A model generated the notes under the pieces. That model saw nothing but the letters and a program-made list of their open reading frames with translations. It searched no databases and had not been told where the DNA came from. 64,000 nucleotides of DNA. It comes from Spirochaetota bacterium. GTDB taxonomy: Bacteria > Spirochaetota > Spirochaetia > Treponematales > UBA12059. Of the stretch, positions 19,060 to 27,509 are shown piece after piece. The translations under genes and the position numbers were made by a program. Within the stretch, counting starts at the first letter, position 1. Every line of letters begins with the position of its first letter. The stretch covers positions 215,597-279,596 of the forward strand of contig JAPLSN010000042.1 in the NCBI GenBank assembly GCA_026398615.1, given 5' to 3'.

Positions 19060-20544
19060 TCACTCCATCGTCTTCATGTAACGGGAGAACGAGAACGCGG
19101 CATCGACGAAAAAGCCCGCGCTTGTGGCCGTGGCGGCCCAGAATACCGTCTGGCTGGTCCAATACCCGAACTCCAGTCTTTTCCTCGCAGATTCGGATTC
19201 CGCCAGGCTCAGGCGGCCGGCAGCGATGTCGTTGAGGATGGCTTGCTCGGCGTTGGAATAAAGCTGGAAATATCCATAGGAAAGGACGGCCACCGGCAGG
19301 GAAATGACGAAACGGCCGAGCGAGTCAAAGAAGGAATCCCGGGAATACTTGAAGCCAAAGGCCTTCCTGTCGACTTCCTTCAGCAGGGTGACGTCGATGG
19401 TTTCGATTTTCCCCGCATCGAGTTCGAAGAAACGCGGCGCATACCCGTTCAAGCGCGCTTCGCCTATCCCGCGCACATCGTCGGCGATCACGTCGACGGG
19501 ACTCAGGCCGGCGAATGACGAGGAAACGTACACCCTGGCATCGGCGGGATTGGTGCGGACGAGGAATGTCGGTGGGTTTATCGGGGACAGTTCGACGACA
19601 ATCTCCGTCGTCGATCCCGGATAGGCACGTACTTCGCTTTCGCCGGACTCGTAGCCGAAAGCCTGGGTCGACAACCGGTATTCGCCGCCGCGATAACAAT
19701 AGAAGGTCCCATCCGCGATGTTGACGACAGGATTGGCTCCTTCAAGCCTCATCGTGGCATGATCCGGGATAGGTTTGACCCTCAGGATGGCGAGGTTGGC
19801 TCCCGCAACCGCTCTTTCTATGGTTTCGCGCGCAAGAACGACCGCGTCGCCGGGATCGTCGGGAAAGGCGAAATTTTCGAATGAAACGATCCGGGCCGAC
19901 GTCAGGGATGACCACACATCGAAACCCACAAGCGCGTAGCCCCCGACCGGGCGGACCGTCCCCGTGATGAGGATGTCGAGCCGGTTGTCACTCATGGATT
20001 TCAGGATATCCGACGATTCCGGGACGAAACGCCCTTCCTGGTGCCCCTTCCACATGGCCAGCCGTACGTAGCGTTCGGGTCGTTTTTCCGTGTTTCCCCC
20101 CGTGTCGCGGATGGACGCCCTTACGAGCTTGTCCAAAGCGGCACGTTTGGCTCTCAAGTCGGTTTCGGCGAGGACGCGATCGGCTGCCTGCCTGTCCGCT
20201 CCGGCCCGGCTAAACGGCACGGTGTCCAGTTTCCTGCGGGCAGCCGCGAGTGCGCTGCCCGCCGCATACAATGCCCGAAGCCGGGTTCGCTCGTCGACGG
20301 ATGCCGTTTCTTCGGGCGACATGCGCCTGAACGGAAGGGAGCTTATCCTGCGAAGGAGCAGACTGGGGATGGCAATGGCGAATGAACGAAGCTGCTCGTT
20401 TCCCCCGTCGACCTTCAATTCTGCGATTCCGACGACGAGCGCTGCCTGTTCCGAGATCGCGATGGAAGGTTCCGCGGCGGGTGAACGCGCAGCAACGACA
20501 AAAAAGGCGAACGCCGCCAGCGATCGGAGGATCCGATCAAACAT
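19060..20544 (-). CDS. Exported protein with PEGA-like domains and C-terminal TM helices
   Basis: Signal-like N-terminus plus PEGA-like stretches (FLVRTNPADARVYVSSSFAGLSPVDV...NGYAPRFFELD). It shares a [KR]-Y...[DS][RS]FF motif with 41067..42209 and 43345..44607. Confidence 0.5.
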   Translation of the reverse strand: MFDRILRSLAAFAFFVVAARSPAAEPSIAISEQAALVVGIAELKVDGGNEQLRSFAIAIPSLLLRRISSLPFRRMSPEETASVDERTRLRALYAAGSALAAARRKLDTVPFSRAGADRQAADRVLAETDLRAKRAALDKLVRASIRDTGGNTEKRPERYVRLAMWKGHQEGRFVPESSDILKSMSDNRLDILITGTVRPVGGYALVGFDVWSSLTSARIVSFENFAFPDDPGDAVVLARETIERAVAGANLAILRVKPIPDHATMRLEGANPVVNIADGTFYCYRGGEYRLSTQAFGYESGESEVRAYPGSTTEIVVELSPINPPTFLVRTNPADARVYVSSSFAGLSPVDVIADDVRGIGEARLNGYAPRFFELDAGKIETIDVTLLKEVDRKAFGFKYSRDSFFDSLGRFVISLPVAVLSYGYFQLYSNAEQAILNDIAAGRLSLAESESARKRLEFGYWTSQTVFWAATATSAGFFVDAAFSFSRYMKTME

Positions 20545-21674
20545 CGTCGTCGTTCGCTCCGTCTTCGACGACCGTTCCGCCCTTCCAGCGGAAGTGCATC
20601 CAATTTTCGATGAACGGGTCGATGTCCCCGTCCATGACGCCCTGGACGTTTCCGACGAAGAACTTCGTCCGGTGATCCTTGACCATCGTGTACGGCTGGA
20701 AGACGTACGACCTGATCTGGCTGCCCCATGCGATTTCCTTCTTTTCCGAGGCGAAGCGCGCGTTTTCCTTTTCTTTCTCCAGCCGGTAGTATTCGTACAA
20801 TCTCGATTTGAGGACGCTCATCGCAACGTCCTTGTTCTTGTACTGGCTGCGTTCGTTCTGGCAGGTTACGACGATTCCCGTCGCAAGGTGGGTAATGCGG
20901 ACGGCACTGTCCGTCTTGTTCACCTTCTGGCCACCGGCGCCCCCGGAACGGTAGGTGTCGATACGGATCTCGTCCGGTTTGATTTCGAGATCGATGGAAT
21001 CGTCGAGGACGGGCAGGATGTAAACGCTGGCGAAGGATGTATGCCGTCGGGCATTGGCGTCGAACGGGCTGATCCGCACGAGCCGGTGCACCCCCGATTC
21101 GCCACGCAGGTAGCCATAGGCATACGCACCGTCGATTTCTATGGTTGCACTCTTTATTCCGCCTTCGGCTTCGAGGATGTCCACAATTTCATACTTGAAA
21201 CCCCTCCGTTCCGCCCATCTGGTATACATCCTGAGAAGCATTGAAGCCCAGTCGCAGGCTTCCGTTCCGCCGGAACCGGCATGGATGGAAAGGAATACGC
21301 CGTTGCGATCAGCTTCGCCCGAGAGGAGCTCAAGCACCATCGCCTTGTCGAAACGGTTTTGGAGCTTGTCGTAGGTAGTGCTGATGTCAGTATCGAGGGA
21401 TGTATCGTTTTCCTCCCGGGCCATATGGAACACGTCGAAGAGCGCTTCGACATCCTCGCGGAGTTGTTGCCATGAATCCAGGCGGTTACGCATGAGCTTG
21501 GCTTCGCCGATGATGCGTTCGGCTTTTGTCTGGTCGTTCCAGAATCCCGGTTCCGCGGTTTGCGTGTCCCGGTCATCTATGGCTTTTTTCAGGGAATCAG
21601 GGTCAAAGACGCCCCCAGATATCCATGATATTCCGCTTCAATTCCTCGATGGGTGCGGAAATGTCTTCGTACAT
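20537..21674 (-). CDS. prfB: Peptide chain release factor 2, made by a programmed +1 frameshift (ORF0 21674..21603, ORF1 21604..20537)
   Basis: ORF0 reads MYEDISAPIEELKRNIMDIWGRL and ends at CTT TGA C. The +1 frame continues DPDSLKKAIDD...; SPF and GGQ (RSGGAGGQKVNKTDSAVR) motifs are present, and GGAGG precedes the ATG. Confidence 0.95.
21602..21608 (-). other. prfB +1 frameshift site CTT TGA C with an upstream internal SD-like GGGGG
   Basis: The minus strand reads tgg ggg cgt CTT TGA C cct. Confidence 0.95.
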
Positions 21675-21708
21675 GTGTTCCTCCGTGGGAATCGGCTCCA
21701 GGCCTGTC

Positions 21709-21990
21709 TCAGGTCTTATGGGGCCGGACGATCACTTTTCGCCATTTGTTCTCCTTAAGGATGGAGATGGCGAGGGTTCCCTCGACGGGGAACTGGTACA
21801 TCCGAATGGTATCGTAGTAATCGGTTATCTTGTCGATATCCCGTTTCACGGCGGATAGCTGTTTTTCCGAAACCTGGGCAGATTCGAAGCATGCCCGCTG
21901 AGCTTTTTCAAAGCCGTATTGCGGGAGGAGATCGTAGAGAGCGGCCCTGGAATCCTCGCTCCCCATGTCGCAGACGATTGAAACGAACAT
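21709..21990 (-). CDS. Small Cas2/VapD-like ferredoxin-fold protein (orphan)
   Basis: This 93-aa protein shows a Cas2-like pattern: MFVSIVCDM (beta1 with Asp), SRAALYDLLPQYGF (alpha1), QRACFES (compare YSVFE), and DTIRMYQFP (compare LRIYxL). No cas1 or repeat array is nearby. It ends 35 nt upstream of prfB. Confidence 0.45.
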   Translation of the reverse strand: MFVSIVCDMGSEDSRAALYDLLPQYGFEKAQRACFESAQVSEKQLSAVKRDIDKITDYYDTIRMYQFPVEGTLAISILKENKWRKVIVRPHKT

Positions 21991-21998
21991 TTACATCA

Positions 21999-22028
21999 AA
22001 TCTATCCGAAATCCGCCGGAAGTGTCAA
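21999..22028 (-). promoter_or_regulatory. Putative sigma-70 promoter TTGACA-18-TAGATT, with the ATG 8 nt after the -10 (leaderless candidate)
   Basis: Minus strand: cgtTTGACActtccggcggatttcggaTAGATTtgatgtaaATG. There is no SD. Confidence 0.4.
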
Positions 22029-22042
22029 ACGAGCAGGAAGCA

Positions 22043-22113
22043 GGATTGGCAGCGCAGCCGCATCCGGCCATTGGCGCAGCCGATGGCCTAGGTGAGCGGC
22101 ACAGCCGCTCACC
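22043..22113. repeat. Array of three consecutive 23-nt palindromic hairpin units with a shared GGC-N3-GCC core
   Basis: GGATTGGCAGCGCAGCCGCATCC | GGCCATTGGCGCAGCCGATGGCC | ta | GGTGAGCGGCACAGCCGCTCACC. Unit 3 is a perfect 10-bp stem with a 3-nt loop, unit 2 is 10 bp with one G-U pair, and unit 1 is weaker. Confidence 0.85.
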
Positions 22114-22120
22114 GGGCCTC

Positions 22121-22149
22121 TGGAACTCCCGCGAATCGTCCGATATTAT
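22121..22149 (+). promoter_or_regulatory. Putative promoter TGGAAC-17-TATTAT, with the ATG 8 nt after the -10 (leaderless candidate)
   Basis: TGGAACtcccgcgaatcgtccgaTATTATagagcaagATG. There is no SD. Confidence 0.35.
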
Positions 22150-22157
22150 AGAGCAAG

Positions 22158-23426
22158 ATGAAACGACTACAATGCATTACGTTCGCGCTGCTCTGCGCGG
22201 CCGCTGCGATCACCGCAGCCCAGTCCCCGGAACCCGTCGACACGGACGATACGGGCTCTACCGAGAGCATTTTCGCGCCCTTCCCTTCCCGGATCAGGGT
22301 GGTCACGAGGGGCTTGACAGTCATCGTTGCCTGGGAGGATAGCGCCGATATCGAAGGCGACTATGCCATTTACCGCTACGGACAAGCCATCGATGCATCC
22401 AATTTCGGGAATGCTTTGTTCCTGGGTTCCGTTCCGATCGGTAGCATGAGCTTCGAGGATAATCCTCCCGATCCCAAGGCATATTATTACCTTGTCCTCG
22501 GAAGGGACGCGAAAGGACTCGTCTACGAGGTTTTCGTTCCCCTGAAGAACGCGACAATGATGCCAATCTCCGTCGCGGTGCCCGAAAAACCCAAAGGCGT
22601 GATCGAATCCATTTCGGCGACCCGCAGGAATGATGCCATCGTCCTTTTATACGTCGTTTCCAAACCTGGCGACAATTACGTGCTCTACCGTCACATTGAA
22701 CCGATCCTGTCGGTTCCCAAGCTCCTGGAATCCACCATTGTCGCGCTTTTCGAGGACACCGCGGGCAGCTTCGTGGATTACCCCGTGCCGGGTATTTCCT
22801 ATTTTTACGCGTTGGTGGAGGAAAAAGCGCTGACCAGCGGCGAGATCAAGCTGGAGGCCGGGGTGAATGCCACCACGACGGCGGTGGTGATACCGACGGG
22901 CTTGTACAGAACGGGACTCCCCGCGGTATCGGCGGTATCGCGGAACATTCCCCTGCCCTATCTTTCACTCAACAGGAGCGTCGGGACGGACGGGGGCACC
23001 ATCGCCGACGGTATCGATCTGCCTGAACCAAGGCAGCTCACGATAGAGACCGAAAAAGCCCTCAGGCGCTATCTGGCCGGCATACCTTCCCTGTCCATGG
23101 AGATACCGCGGCTCAGGGTGTTCCAGGAAGACCTCAAGCCAGCCGCGGGAGCGGAAGATTATACCCTGGGCATCATCGCGCGGGACAAGCTGCAGCGAGG
23201 CGTCTACGTTGAGGCAGCCGATCACCTGATCCGCTACCTGTCGATCCAGCGTACGCCCAATGCCGCTGCGAGGGCGCATTTCTACCGTGGGGAAGCCCTC
23301 GCCTTTTCCGGAAGTTTGCGGGACGCGTTCTTCGAGTTCCTCCTGGCAGAGGACCGCTACTATGTCGAGTCCAACGAGTGGATCAACTACATCCTCGAAA
23401 AGCTGAACGCGAATCCACTTTCCTGA
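22158..23426 (+). CDS. Secreted hypothetical protein with two Fn3-like repeats and a C-terminal TPR-like region
   Basis: Signal peptide MKRLQCITFALLCAAAAITAAQ. An internal duplication pattern is visible (..VAWED...YAIYRY...YYYLV / ..LLYVV...YVLYRH...YFYALV). Confidence 0.5.
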   Translation: MKRLQCITFALLCAAAAITAAQSPEPVDTDDTGSTESIFAPFPSRIRVVTRGLTVIVAWEDSADIEGDYAIYRYGQAIDASNFGNALFLGSVPIGSMSFEDNPPDPKAYYYLVLGRDAKGLVYEVFVPLKNATMMPISVAVPEKPKGVIESISATRRNDAIVLLYVVSKPGDNYVLYRHIEPILSVPKLLESTIVALFEDTAGSFVDYPVPGISYFYALVEEKALTSGEIKLEAGVNATTTAVVIPTGLYRTGLPAVSAVSRNIPLPYLSLNRSVGTDGGTIADGIDLPEPRQLTIETEKALRRYLAGIPSLSMEIPRLRVFQEDLKPAAGAEDYTLGIIARDKLQRGVYVEAADHLIRYLSIQRTPNAAARAHFYRGEALAFSGSLRDAFFEFLLAEDRYYVESNEWINYILEKLNANPLS

Positions 23427-23474
23427 AAAAGGGCGCGGGCATCGGTGAAAACTGGCGCGTCCGCGTGGCCCTGG

Positions 23475-24524
23475 TCAGAATGAAAACCGGCAAACTGTCT
23501 CGTGTACGTACTTGGCGCCGGGTTCCAGGATGCACGCGGGGAAACCCGCTTGATTGGGCGAGTCCGGAAGGAACTCGGTTTCCAGGCAGAAACCCGAATG
23601 CCTGTCGTAGACTGATCCCGTCTTCCCCCTGATGTCCTTCAGGAAATTCCCCGAATAAAACTGCACGCCGGGCATGGTGGTGAGAATGGTCAATCGCCGA
23701 TTCGTCCCGGGATGAAACGCTTCGGCGCAGGGGATCAGCGAATTGTCCGATATTTCGGGACGATCAAGGACAAAGCAGTGGTCATAACCGCCGACCGCGG
23801 CGATGTCCGTCCCGACCGGCTTCGCCTTCAGGAAATCGAAGGGAGTGCCTGCGACAGGATGCAACGCCCCGGTCGGTATGAGGTCGTCGCCCACGGGGAC
23901 ATAGCGGGAACAGGAAATCCGCAGTTCGTGATCGAGGATATCGCCCTTTCCCTCGCCTTTCAGGTTGAAGTAGGAATGATTGGTCAGGTTGACCGGAGTA
24001 GGCGCGTCCGTCACCGCCTCGTACGCCATCCGGATCGAACCGTCGGCGCCGAGGCTGTAGGTGACGGAAGCTTCGAGATTCCCGGGATAGCCCTCGTCCC
24101 CATCAGGACTGTTCAGGGAAAAGCGCACCGAGGGGTCCCCGCCGACGCTGCCGGGTTCGGAGTTCCACACGTACTTGTCGAATCCCTTGCGGCCGCCGTG
24201 CAGGTGGTTTGCGCCGTTGTTTGTAGCCAGGACGTATGACGTCGATCCGAGCCTGAACGCGCCTTTCGCGATGCGGTTGGCGTAGCGCCCGACCGTCGCG
24301 CCGAAGAAGGGGTGCTTGGCAGCGTAGCCCGACAGGGTGGAAAAACCCAGGACGACGTCGTCATGGCCGCCCTTTCCGGCGGGGAGCAGGACCGAGACCA
24401 GGATGGCCCCGAAATCGGTCAACGAGATCGACATGTTCCCGTTCTTCAGCACGAAGAGCCTGGTTTCCTCGCCCGTGGCGAGCGTACCGAACGGGAGTAC
24501 CCTGGTATCCATGTGATCCTCCAT
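23475..24524 (-). CDS. galM: Aldose 1-epimerase (galactose mutarotase)
   Basis: GRYANRIAKGAF, NNGANHLHGG and the HSGFCLETEFLPDSPN motifs. Confidence 0.85.
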   Translation of the reverse strand: MEDHMDTRVLPFGTLATGEETRLFVLKNGNMSISLTDFGAILVSVLLPAGKGGHDDVVLGFSTLSGYAAKHPFFGATVGRYANRIAKGAFRLGSTSYVLATNNGANHLHGGRKGFDKYVWNSEPGSVGGDPSVRFSLNSPDGDEGYPGNLEASVTYSLGADGSIRMAYEAVTDAPTPVNLTNHSYFNLKGEGKGDILDHELRISCSRYVPVGDDLIPTGALHPVAGTPFDFLKAKPVGTDIAAVGGYDHCFVLDRPEISDNSLIPCAEAFHPGTNRRLTILTTMPGVQFYSGNFLKDIRGKTGSVYDRHSGFCLETEFLPDSPNQAGFPACILEPGAKYVHETVCRFSF

Positions 24525-24573
24525 TTCCCGTCAGGCACAGCGGGCGACAGGACCGGCCCTTTCCGGCCAATTT

Positions 24574-25116
24574 TCATGCTTCAGTTCGTACGCGTCCGAC
24601 GACCGACGCCAGTATCTCCACGATGGCATCCGGCTTGAGTTTTTCCGTGTTGACGATCAGGTCGGCGTCCGAAAACGCGTCGTTGTCGATCCCGTAGATC
24701 CTGAGATAACGTTCGTGGTCGGCACAGTCCCGTTCCCTCGTGAAGGCCAATATTTCTTCCATCTTTCCATTCTCGCGGTCACGGATGCGCCGGGCCCTCG
24801 TGGTTTCGGAGGCGCTCAGGTAGACGCGCAGGTCGGCATCGGGCAGAAGCCAGAGTGCCAGCCTCGATCCGATGACGCAATCCCCCTTTCGGGCAAGTTC
24901 GACCTGCTTCCTGTCGAGGGTCCGGTCGTAGGAATCATCGTTCCTGGACTTGTCGAGAAGCTCCGTGAAAGGCATACCCAGTTCGACGGACATGTTGCGG
25001 AACGTGTAATTGACGAGGCGGACGCCGAGCCGTTTGGCGAGCAGGCCGCTCACCGTCGAATTCCCGCATCCGGACTTTCCCGAGATCGCGACGATGAACG
25101 GTTTCATTCCCTGCAC
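24574..25116 (-). CDS. Cytidylate kinase-like P-loop kinase (stand-alone)
   Basis: IVAISGKSGCGNSTVSGLLAKRLG P-loop in a protein of about 180 aa; the start may be MKPF (25107). Confidence 0.6.
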   Translation of the reverse strand: MQGMKPFIVAISGKSGCGNSTVSGLLAKRLGVRLVNYTFRNMSVELGMPFTELLDKSRNDDSYDRTLDRKQVELARKGDCVIGSRLALWLLPDADLRVYLSASETTRARRIRDRENGKMEEILAFTRERDCADHERYLRIYGIDNDAFSDADLIVNTEKLKPDAIVEILASVVGRVRTEA

Positions 25117-25127
25117 GATCTACCCCT

Positions 25128-25991
25128 TCATTCCACGTTCCGTATCTGCTCGCGGATGTTCTCGAGATCATCCTTCATCGACACCACCGCCAGCCCGACC
25201 GAGCTCAGCATGTTCTTGGATCCGATCGTGTTGATCTCCCGGTTCATCTCCTGGCAGATGAAATCGAGCTTCTTGCCGCAAGCCCGCTCGTCCATCGTCG
25301 CCGTGAAGGATTCCAGATGGGATCGCAGGCGGACGATTTCCTCGTTGATCGTGTGCTTCGCGAGGTAGGAGGCTATCTCGACCAACATCCTCGATTCCTC
25401 GACCTCGTCGCCGAGCACGTCCCGGAATTTCTTGGCAAGCCCCGACCGGATGGTGGATTCGAGCTCGTCCGCGTGGCTTTCGACGGTCTTGACATGGTTC
25501 GAGACCGAAGCGATGAGCCGTTCCACGTCGCGCCTCGTCGCTTCGCCTTCCCGCTTTCGTTCGGCGTCGAGGGAGTCGAGGCATGCAAGGACGGACGGTT
25601 GTATCTCATTCCAGAGGCCTTCGGCGTCGATCTCCCTGTCGAAGGTAATGACGCCCTCGAACGCCACGAGATCCGAAAGCACAAGTTCCCCGACAATTCC
25701 GGCTGAGTCGCGCAGGCAGCGGAGCGCGTCCGCCACTGCCTGCGCCGATGCCCGATCCACGGAGACAGTCGGTGCGACGGACAGATCGTGGACCCGGATG
25801 TTGAATTCCACTTTTCCGTGGGCCATCACGCCGGCGATGGCTTCCCTGATTTTGGGCTCCAGCGCCGCGAGGTAGGGAGGAACGGATACATATGCGTCCA
25901 GAAAGCGGTTATTGTACGATTTGGCGACGATGGTCGCCCTGATCTGCGGCGTCGACACCGGCGTTTGCGCGTATCCGGTCATGCTTTTCAT
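25128..25991 (-). CDS. yicC: YicC-family stress-induced protein
   Basis: MKSMTGYA N-terminus and C-terminal GKKLDFICQEMNREINTIGSK. Confidence 0.85.
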   Translation of the reverse strand: MKSMTGYAQTPVSTPQIRATIVAKSYNNRFLDAYVSVPPYLAALEPKIREAIAGVMAHGKVEFNIRVHDLSVAPTVSVDRASAQAVADALRCLRDSAGIVGELVLSDLVAFEGVITFDREIDAEGLWNEIQPSVLACLDSLDAERKREGEATRRDVERLIASVSNHVKTVESHADELESTIRSGLAKKFRDVLGDEVEESRMLVEIASYLAKHTINEEIVRLRSHLESFTATMDERACGKKLDFICQEMNREINTIGSKNMLSSVGLAVVSMKDDLENIREQIRNVE

Positions 25992-27502
25992 GGTTCGGCT
26001 GTTTCCCCTCCGGCCGCGAGGGCATCCGCCACCGCCCTGCCGAGCTTGAAATTGTCGCCAGCGCCCATGGTCACGAACACGTCGCCGGGTTTCAGGTCGG
26101 CGAGCAGGTGGTCCAGCGCATCCATGGGTTCTTCGAAATAGCGTACGTTGCCATGTTTCCGCGAGGCTGCTTCGAAAAGCGTCCGACCGCTGACGGAGCC
26201 GTCCGGAGATTCCCGCGCGGACGGGTAGATCTTGTGGAGTATGACCTCGTCGGCGTCACCGAAACTCTCCGCGAACTGGTCGAGCAGCGCCTTGGTCCGC
26301 GAATACGTGTGCGACATGAAATCCACGATGAGGCGTCGTCCCCGGTAGAATTCCCGGAATCCCGCGAGCGTGGTACGGATCGCGGTGGGGTGGTGCGCGT
26401 AATCGTCCACGATGAGGATGCCGCGGGAATCGAGGATAATCTCGCTGCGGCGGCGGGAACCCCGGAAGGCTTCGAGGGCACACGCTGCCTTGACGAGCGT
26501 CGCCTTGGCTGGAACCGGATTGCCTGTACGGTCCCGTTCGATGGACAGTGCGAGCGCGAGGGCCGCCGCCGCGTCGAGGACGGTATGCCGACCGGGCACC
26601 CTGAGGGAGAAGGAATCTTCGAACCCAGAGAGGCGGAAACTTACCTTCCCGTCCCTCGCACTGCATTCGACGATCCGGTAAGGTCCGGTTGCCGTCAGTC
26701 CATACGGGACAAGGAGGAGGTCCGGCCGCAGCCGCATCGCGAGTCCGGCGGTTTCGACGGCGCCGGGATCGTCGGAGCAATGGATGAGCTCGCCCCCGGG
26801 CGGCAGACGGCACGCGTACTCGACGAACGCGTCCCTGATCGACTCGTAGGTCGGGAAGAAATCCTGGTGGTCCGGCTCCACGCTCGTGAGAACGATTCGG
26901 CGCGGATGGAAAGACAGGAAATGCCTGCGGTACTCGCAGGTCTCAGCCACGAAGTATAGTTCCCCCGCGATCATCGTGGACCTGTCGCCGAAACTGGATA
27001 CGGCGCTTCCAGCCAGGACTATCGCAGGCGCACCGATTTCCTTGAGCATCGCCCCGGTCAATGCAGTCGTGGTCGTCTTGCCGTGGACGCCTGCGATGCC
27101 CGAGGAATCGAAACGGGCGGAGAACGCGCCGAGGGCTTCGGTGTAGCTCAGGACCGGGATGCCGAGTCGCTCCGACTCGACGAGTTCCGGATGGCGGTTC
27201 GGATCGTAGGCTGCCGAATGGATGACCAGGTCCAGGCCCGGAGCGATGTTGCCGGGGGAAAAGGACGCGACCTTCACTCCGAGGGAATCGAGGATGGCGT
27301 CGGTGTAAAAGACATCAGGCACATCGCTCCCCGTGAGGAGCGCGCCGAAGTGTGAGAGTATTTCGGCGAAGGCGGTCATCCCGGTGCCCTTCGCGCCCAC
27401 GAGATGGATCCTGCATCCAGCGAGATCCTCAGGCAACGCGTTTTCGGTCATGTGGAAATCCTGCAAGTAGCCGGTCGAAATCTCAGCGGAAAGCGCCGTC
27501 AT
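25988..27502 (-). CDS. murC: UDP-N-acetylmuramate--L-alanine ligase (MurC family)
   Basis: IHLVGAKGTGMTAFAEIL, GVHGKTTTTALTG and DDYAHHPTAI. Confidence 0.75.
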   Translation of the reverse strand: MTALSAEISTGYLQDFHMTENALPEDLAGCRIHLVGAKGTGMTAFAEILSHFGALLTGSDVPDVFYTDAILDSLGVKVASFSPGNIAPGLDLVIHSAAYDPNRHPELVESERLGIPVLSYTEALGAFSARFDSSGIAGVHGKTTTTALTGAMLKEIGAPAIVLAGSAVSSFGDRSTMIAGELYFVAETCEYRRHFLSFHPRRIVLTSVEPDHQDFFPTYESIRDAFVEYACRLPPGGELIHCSDDPGAVETAGLAMRLRPDLLLVPYGLTATGPYRIVECSARDGKVSFRLSGFEDSFSLRVPGRHTVLDAAAALALALSIERDRTGNPVPAKATLVKAACALEAFRGSRRRSEIILDSRGILIVDDYAHHPTAIRTTLAGFREFYRGRRLIVDFMSHTYSRTKALLDQFAESFGDADEVILHKIYPSARESPDGSVSGRTLFEAASRKHGNVRYFEEPMDALDHLLADLKPGDVFVTMGAGDNFKLGRAVADALAAGGETAEP

Positions 27503-27509
27503 CGCGGTC

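Noticed and set aside
22043-22113. Possibility that the hairpin array next to the Cas2-like gene is a CRISPR array
   Set aside because: The units are contiguous with no spacers, differ in sequence and number only three. The array is reported as an unexplained repeat structure instead.
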